Source: Candidatus Marinacidobacterales bacterium
GTDB lineage: Bacteria; Acidobacteriota; Vicinamibacteria; Marinacidobacterales; SMYC01
Direction of reading: 5' to 3'
DNA length: 64,000 nt
Assembly (NCBI GenBank): GCA_965224085.1
Contig: CBDCYI010000005.1
Location: 32,001 to 96,000 of the forward strand
The number at the start of each line of letters is the position of its first letter. Within the stretch, counting starts at the first letter, position 1. The position numbers were made by a program, and so were the translations under genes. Under the pieces are notes generated by a model. That model did no database searches, was not told the origin of the DNA, and saw nothing but the letters and a program-made list of their open reading frames with translations. Below, piece after piece: positions 59,014 through 64,000 of the stretch.

Positions 59014-59074
59014 TCGACTCCGACTCAAATCCGTACCGTTGAATATCAACTTTTTTGGCTGTGTAAATGTGAAA

Positions 59075-59260
59075 TCAATGGGCGAGACCCACTGCGTCTT
59101 TGCCTTGTTCTTTAACACTATACATTGCCTGGTCCGCCTTTTGCATGAGATCTTGAGGGCTACGCCCATGTTCCGGGTAGAGACTTACGCCGAAGCTTGC
59201 GGACAGTCGCGCTTCGAGCCCGAAATCCTCGAGAAACAGGTGCGCGTTCAGTGACGCGCG
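59075..59260 (-). pseudogene. C-terminal remnant of a GGDEF diguanylate cyclase
   Basis: LSASFGVSLYPEHGRSPQDLMQKADQAMYSVKEQGKD; no start codon, in-frame TAG just upstream. Confidence 0.85.
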
Positions 59261-59447
59261 TTGATCGTGCTACGCTTCACGGTAAACCACTCGATGTGGA
59301 TACCCGTGTTCGTCTGGTACGGGTTCTGCCTCGCCATTGCCTACACTACTGATTCTAAAGCAGTTTAACATATCGGCCCGTCCATTTGCAAAGCGCGCTT
59401 GATTGCGCCAAAGGGTTTCGATAGCATATTCGATCGAGGTTCATCGA

Positions 59448-61352
59448 ATGCTGAAGTACTTTCGCAATAGGAAGAGCGTGGGCTGGTTCATGGGGGCATT
59501 TCTCCTCGTGCTAGTGATCGTTGCGTTTATCGCGCTCTATATCCCGGATTTCATGCAACCATCGAGCGCCGCGGGAACGACCGGCGATGTTGCGTGGGTG
59601 GATGGCGACCCGATTTCGTCCCGGGCGTTCATCCAAGGCTACGGCGTGCAGGAATCGATGTACCGGCAGCAAATGGGCGCCCAGTACAACCCCGACTTGC
59701 TGAGGCAGCTCGGTCTCGACAACTACATCGTGCAGCAGTTGGTGCAAGAAAAAGCTCTCACGCTCGAGGCGAGGCGCCTGGGGATGAGTGTAAGCGACGG
59801 CGAGGTCAGCAGCAGCATCCAAAACGATCCGAGCCTTCAACAAAACGGACAGTTCGTCGGGCGCGACGCTTATCTGAGCTTGCTGAGCGGAGCAGGTTTG
59901 ACGCCGTCCGATTACGAGCAACAAGTTCGCGAGGGCCTGCTGCGAGCGAAGCTCGAGAATCTCGTCAAAGACGGCGTCGTCGTGAGCGATGCCGACGTCG
60001 AAGAGGAGTATCGCCGCCGCAACGAAAAGATTCACTTGGAATATACGGTCGTGAGCAAGTCCGACTTCGGCGGCGATTACGAGCCGAGCGACGACGAGAT
60101 CCGCGCCTTTTACGATGCCAATCCGAGCGACTTCGAGCGGCCGGTGCAGCGCAAAGCCCGGTTCATTGCCCTCACGCCGCAGCTCTTCATGGGCGCTGTC
60201 ACGGTGATCGACCGGGAGATAACGCGCTACTACAACGAGAACCTTGCGCGCTTCTCGTCCCCCGAGCAAGTCCAAGCAAGCCACATTCTGTTCAAGACAG
60301 GCCCGGAAGTAGACGAAGCCGAAGTCCGTGCGAAGGCCGAATCAGTGCTTGCCCAGGCGAGAAGCGGGACCGATTTCGCAGAGCTCGCGCAAGAGCACTC
60401 CGAGGACACAACGGCGTCAAACGGCGGCGACCTCGGCTATTTTGGCAGGGGAAAGATGGTCCCAGAGTTCGACCAGGTTGTGTTCGCGCTCCCGATCGGC
60501 GACATCAGCGATCTCGTCCAATCCCAATACGGGTTCCATATCATCAAGGTCACGGGCAAGCAGGACGCCATGACGCAGCCTCTCGAGGCGTTGCGAGAAC
60601 AGATTCGTGGCACGCTGACGCAAGAGAAAGCTTCCGCCAAGGTCGACGAAGCCGTCGAGAGCGCCGCCGAGAAGCTGCAACGGAGCAGATCCATCGACGC
60701 CCTGACGGCCGAGTACGAGCTCCTCGTGCCGCAAGACACGGCGTTTTTCGGCAGGGCCGACAGCATCCCGCAACTGTCGGGTTCACAGGCCGCGGCCAAC
60801 GTTGCTTTCGAGACCGAAATCGGACGCATCACATCGGCCATACCTCTCGGATTCGGCCGCGGCTACGCTTTCTTGCAGATCCTCGAAGAACGAGAGGCCG
60901 GCACCGCTGATTTCGACGAGGTTCGCGTTGAAGCGGCGGAGCAACTGCGTAGCAACCATCAGATGACTCTCGCGATCGCGCGCGCCATCGAGATACGCGT
61001 AAAGCTCCTGTCGGGGGATGCGGCGGACATCGAGCTGGAGGCGAGCGAGAATTTTTTTCGAGGGACGGAGCTACCCGGAGCCGGGCGCTCCGTCACCGCC
61101 CAGGCGAAGGCTTTCGAGCTTTTGCCGGGAGCGGTCTCGGGGCCGCTCGAAGCTCAAAACGGTTACGTCATCATGCGCATCATCGAGAAATCCGGCTTCG
61201 AGCCTAGCGAGTTCGAGGAGCAAAAAGCAGGCTTCGAAGAGCAAATCTTGACCGAGCAGCGCAGCCGGGTGTGGAGCGCATTCGTCGCCAAATTGCAATC
61301 GAGATATGAGGTCGAGGTCGACTGGCAAGCGATCCGAGTGATCACAGGTTGA
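59448..61352 (+). CDS. ppiD: PpiD/SurA-like parvulin peptidyl-prolyl isomerase
   Basis: N-terminal TM, SurA-N domain, ASHILF, GGDLGYFGRGKMVPEF, SQYGFHIIKV. Confidence 0.88.
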   Translation: MLKYFRNRKSVGWFMGAFLLVLVIVAFIALYIPDFMQPSSAAGTTGDVAWVDGDPISSRAFIQGYGVQESMYRQQMGAQYNPDLLRQLGLDNYIVQQLVQEKALTLEARRLGMSVSDGEVSSSIQNDPSLQQNGQFVGRDAYLSLLSGAGLTPSDYEQQVREGLLRAKLENLVKDGVVVSDADVEEEYRRRNEKIHLEYTVVSKSDFGGDYEPSDDEIRAFYDANPSDFERPVQRKARFIALTPQLFMGAVTVIDREITRYYNENLARFSSPEQVQASHILFKTGPEVDEAEVRAKAESVLAQARSGTDFAELAQEHSEDTTASNGGDLGYFGRGKMVPEFDQVVFALPIGDISDLVQSQYGFHIIKVTGKQDAMTQPLEALREQIRGTLTQEKASAKVDEAVESAAEKLQRSRSIDALTAEYELLVPQDTAFFGRADSIPQLSGSQAAANVAFETEIGRITSAIPLGFGRGYAFLQILEEREAGTADFDEVRVEAAEQLRSNHQMTLAIARAIEIRVKLLSGDAADIELEASENFFRGTELPGAGRSVTAQAKAFELLPGAVSGPLEAQNGYVIMRIIEKSGFEPSEFEEQKAGFEEQILTEQRSRVWSAFVAKLQSRYEVEVDWQAIRVITG

Positions 61353-61371
61353 GCCCACACGGAAAAAGGTC

Positions 61372-61719
61372 ATGAAACTAGATCTGCGGGAAAAAGATGG
61401 AATCAGCATTCTCGTCCTTGGAGGACAACTGACGGGAGGCGGTGGTCACGAGCAATTTCAAGAGGCCATCGACACGCTTCTAGCTGGCGGCCGCAATCAA
61501 ATCCTCGTCGACTTCACCGAGATCACCTTCATGGACAGCGCCGGTATGGGCGAGCTCGTCTCCGGACACCGCACGGTCGAACGCTTCGGCGGCAAGTTAA
61601 AGCTTCTAAACCCCAACGAGCGAGTCCAAAACTCCCTCACGATTACGAAGCTCTTACCCATCTTCGAAGTCTTCGACAACGAAGAAAAAGCCTTGGCAAG
61701 CTGGAGCGCCAACGCATAG
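61372..61719 (+). CDS. STAS anti-sigma factor antagonist (RsbV-like)
   Basis: ITFMDSAGMGELV, LTITKLLPIFE. Confidence 0.92.
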   Translation: MKLDLREKDGISILVLGGQLTGGGGHEQFQEAIDTLLAGGRNQILVDFTEITFMDSAGMGELVSGHRTVERFGGKLKLLNPNERVQNSLTITKLLPIFEVFDNEEKALASWSANA

Positions 61720-61814
61720 CACCGCTCAATAAGACAAAAGAACCAAAACCATCTCTTCTCTTATACCTTAGCGACTTCGCGTTGTCTTTCGAGCCGCGAT
61801 AGAGGCGCCTGGAG

Positions 61815-63029
61815 CTATTCATGGCGGAGTGCTTCGACGGGGTTTTGTTGGGCGGCTCTCAGGGCTGGGTAGATTCCGAAGCCCAAGCCCGTCACGACCG
61901 CGAGAAGCATGGCGGCCAGGACGGCTCGGAAGCTGAGGGCTGTTGGCCAGTCGGCGTAGCTCGAGACGGCGTAGGCCGCGACCGCACCCACAACGATGCC
62001 GGCAAGGCCGCCGCTACCCGTGAGCAATAACGCCTCCATCAAGAATTGCTGCACGATGTCGTCGCGGCTCGCACCGAGCGAGCGGCGTACGCCGACCTCC
62101 CTTATGCGCTCGGTGACGTTGGCGAGCATGATGTTCATGATGCCGATGCCGCCTACCACAAGGGAGATCGCGGCCACCGCGCCCACGACGACATTGAACT
62201 GGAAACGCGCGCGTTCATAGCCCGCGATGAGCTCTTGCGGCACGACGAGCTCGAAATCCCGAGCGCCTCGATGACGGCGCGACACCACCGACTCGATGAG
62301 CCTCGCCGAATCGCGCACCGCTTCCGCTTCGTCGATACGGATGGCGATCTCGTCCACCCGTCCGGTGGGCTCGGGAATGACGGAAAGTGGGATGAAGGCA
62401 ACGCGATTCACATTCCTACCGGCGAGGCGCGAGCCCCGGCGCGAGCGCTCGCGCGGCTCGAGCGCCCCCACGACCGAATACCACTCCAATTCGATACGCA
62501 CGCGTGATCCGACGGCGTCCTCGTAAGGAAATAGCGACACCGCAAGGTCGTGACCTAGCACGATGACACGGTTCGCCTCACGCAGATCGGTATCCGCAAG
62601 AAAGCGACCCTCGCGCAGCACTAGCTCCTCGGTACCGATATAGGACGGTGTCGTCGCCACGACCATGGCCTCGCTCCGGCGCTCGTCGCGCACAATTTGC
62701 TCCGAGAGCTCGCGTAGCGGCGCGAGGCTCGCGATAGTGGGACAGACATCGGCGATGGCTCGCGCATCCGCGATCGTAAGCCCGGGCGATTGAAGCGCTC
62801 GTGCATCGTACTCCGTTTCTTCGGACAGCGCTCCGGCGCGCACCGACACCCTTGTTACGCCGAGCCTTCCGACCTCGGCGAGGATCTCGCGACGTGCACC
62901 TTCGCCGACGGACAACATCGCGATGACGGCCCCCACACCAAAGACGATGCCGAGCGCCGAAAGCATCGACCGCAATCTGTGCTGCATCAATCCTCGCCAC
63001 GCGAGCCGGGTCAACGCGCGAGGCTTCAC
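61815..63029 (-). CDS. MacB/FtsX-like ABC permease
   Basis: LGIVFGVGAVIAM, GGIGIMNIMLANVTERIREVGVRR, FGIYPA, PVEALRHE. Confidence 0.93.
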   Translation of the reverse strand: MKPRALTRLAWRGLMQHRLRSMLSALGIVFGVGAVIAMLSVGEGARREILAEVGRLGVTRVSVRAGALSEETEYDARALQSPGLTIADARAIADVCPTIASLAPLRELSEQIVRDERRSEAMVVATTPSYIGTEELVLREGRFLADTDLREANRVIVLGHDLAVSLFPYEDAVGSRVRIELEWYSVVGALEPRERSRRGSRLAGRNVNRVAFIPLSVIPEPTGRVDEIAIRIDEAEAVRDSARLIESVVSRRHRGARDFELVVPQELIAGYERARFQFNVVVGAVAAISLVVGGIGIMNIMLANVTERIREVGVRRSLGASRDDIVQQFLMEALLLTGSGGLAGIVVGAVAAYAVSSYADWPTALSFRAVLAAMLLAVVTGLGFGIYPALRAAQQNPVEALRHE

Positions 63030-63721
63030 GCCGCACCGTCTGTTCCACTATCGTGCACGAGTCGGCCGTCCGAAAGCTCGATGACGCGGTCCGCGCGCGC
63101 GGCAATGCTGGCGTCATGGGTCACGAGCACGAGAGTGCGCCCTTCGGCGACGAGGTCTTCGAGAAGCGCCAAAACCTCCTCACCGGTTCGGGAATCGAGA
63201 TTCCCTGTCGGCTCGTCGGCGAGAAGAAGCTCGGGCTCGTTGACTAGCGCGCGAGCGAGCGCGGCGCGCTGGGCTTCGCCTCCGGAGAGCTCCGTGGGAC
63301 GGTGAGAGCTGCGCTCGAGAATGCCGAGACGATCGAGCAGGCGTTCCGAGCGCTCGCGCCATTCCTTCTCGGGGCGGTCGCTATAAAGAAGGGACGTCTC
63401 CACGTTCTCGAGCACCGTCATCTGCGGAATGAGGTTGAACGACTGAAACAAGAACCCGATGAGGCGGCTCCGGAGCCGGCTGGCTGCCTTGTCATCGAGC
63501 TCGGCCGTGTCCGTCCCCTCGAGAAGGATTTGGCCGCGGGTCGGCTGGTCAAGGCAGCCGAGCAAGTTCATGAGAGTCGATTTCCCCGATCCGGAGCGGC
63601 CGACAATCGCCACGAAACTCCCGCGCTCGATATCGAGGCTCACGCCTCCGAGAGCGGAAAGCTCAATTCCTGCGCGAGGGTAGATACGATGGACGTCGAC
63701 GGCTCGAACGAGGTCGGTCAA
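63026..63721 (-). CDS. LolD/MacB-like ABC ATP-binding protein
   Basis: GRSGSGKST, LSGGEAQR, LADEPTGNLD, VTHD. Confidence 0.95.
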   Translation of the reverse strand: MTDLVRAVDVHRIYPRAGIELSALGGVSLDIERGSFVAIVGRSGSGKSTLMNLLGCLDQPTRGQILLEGTDTAELDDKAASRLRSRLIGFLFQSFNLIPQMTVLENVETSLLYSDRPEKEWRERSERLLDRLGILERSSHRPTELSGGEAQRAALARALVNEPELLLADEPTGNLDSRTGEEVLALLEDLVAEGRTLVLVTHDASIAARADRVIELSDGRLVHDSGTDGAA

Positions 63722-63725
63722 GAGC

Positions 63726-63998
63726 TCAATGGGATGGCGCGACGACGTCGAGAAATCCGGGGAGAGCGTCGCGACCGACCGGATTAATGTCGTCGTTCGG
63801 ATCTCGCAATAGAACTCGGTCCCCCGGCTCGAGCCCGGTCTCGATCACGGTGTGGTTCTCGTTGCTGGGCCCGACGAGGACTTCCTGCACTTCGGGCGAA
63901 TGGCCGCGCATGACGTAGGTATAATACCGGCCGGCGCGCTCGAACACCGCTTCGAGCGGCACGTAGCGCGCCTTTTCGAGCCGCTCGACGAGTAGCTC
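63726..63998 (-). CDS. Periplasmic adaptor (MFP/MacA-like), C-terminal part (5' partial)
   Basis: YVPLEAVF...VGPSN...GLEPGDRVLL; frame is open to the window edge. Confidence 0.8.
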   Translation of the reverse strand, partial: ELLVERLEKARYVPLEAVFERAGRYYTYVMRGHSPEVQEVLVGPSNENHTVIETGLEPGDRVLLRDPNDDINPVGRDALPGFLDVVAPSH

Positions 63999-64000
63999 CA

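Noticed and set aside
59315-59330. Sigma54-like TGGTAC-N5-CTGC upstream of ppiD
   Set aside because: Two mismatches to consensus; could occur by chance
1-64000. CRISPR array, rRNA, prophage or integron
   Set aside because: No regularly spaced repeats, rRNA-like sequence, phage structural genes or integrase seen

Overview
A GC-rich bacterial chromosomal window. Gene style and order suggest Acidobacteriota, probably Vicinamibacteria; this is an inference. The first ~30 kb is a surface-glycan / PEP-CTERM-type region. It holds a polysaccharide deacetylase, a CelD-like GNAT, carA plus a truncated carB set divergently from an O-carbamoyltransferase-sxtJ-sxtK-like cassette, a priming sugar transferase, a UDP-HexNAc dehydrogenase, prsK/prsR, an epimerase-acyltransferase-radical SAM-AsnB operon, two paralogous lipoproteins and a GT2. 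The rest is mostly housekeeping: gatCA, thiL, 6S RNA, zapAB, thrS-infC-rpmI-rplT, tRNA-Val, MEMO1/AMMECR1, degP, suhB, rsbW, aroA/aroK, rng, mreBCD-mrdA-rodA, ppiD, STAS and a MacAB-like exporter. There are two IS elements (IS5/IS903 group and IS630). The strongest window-wide signal is erosion: about 14 accessory genes are frameshifted, nonsense-interrupted or reduced to fragments, while core genes are intact. The best candidate for an undescribed system is a local carbamoyl-phosphate supply coupled to envelope/EPS O-carbamoylation. All family calls come from motif recognition by eye, with no database searches.
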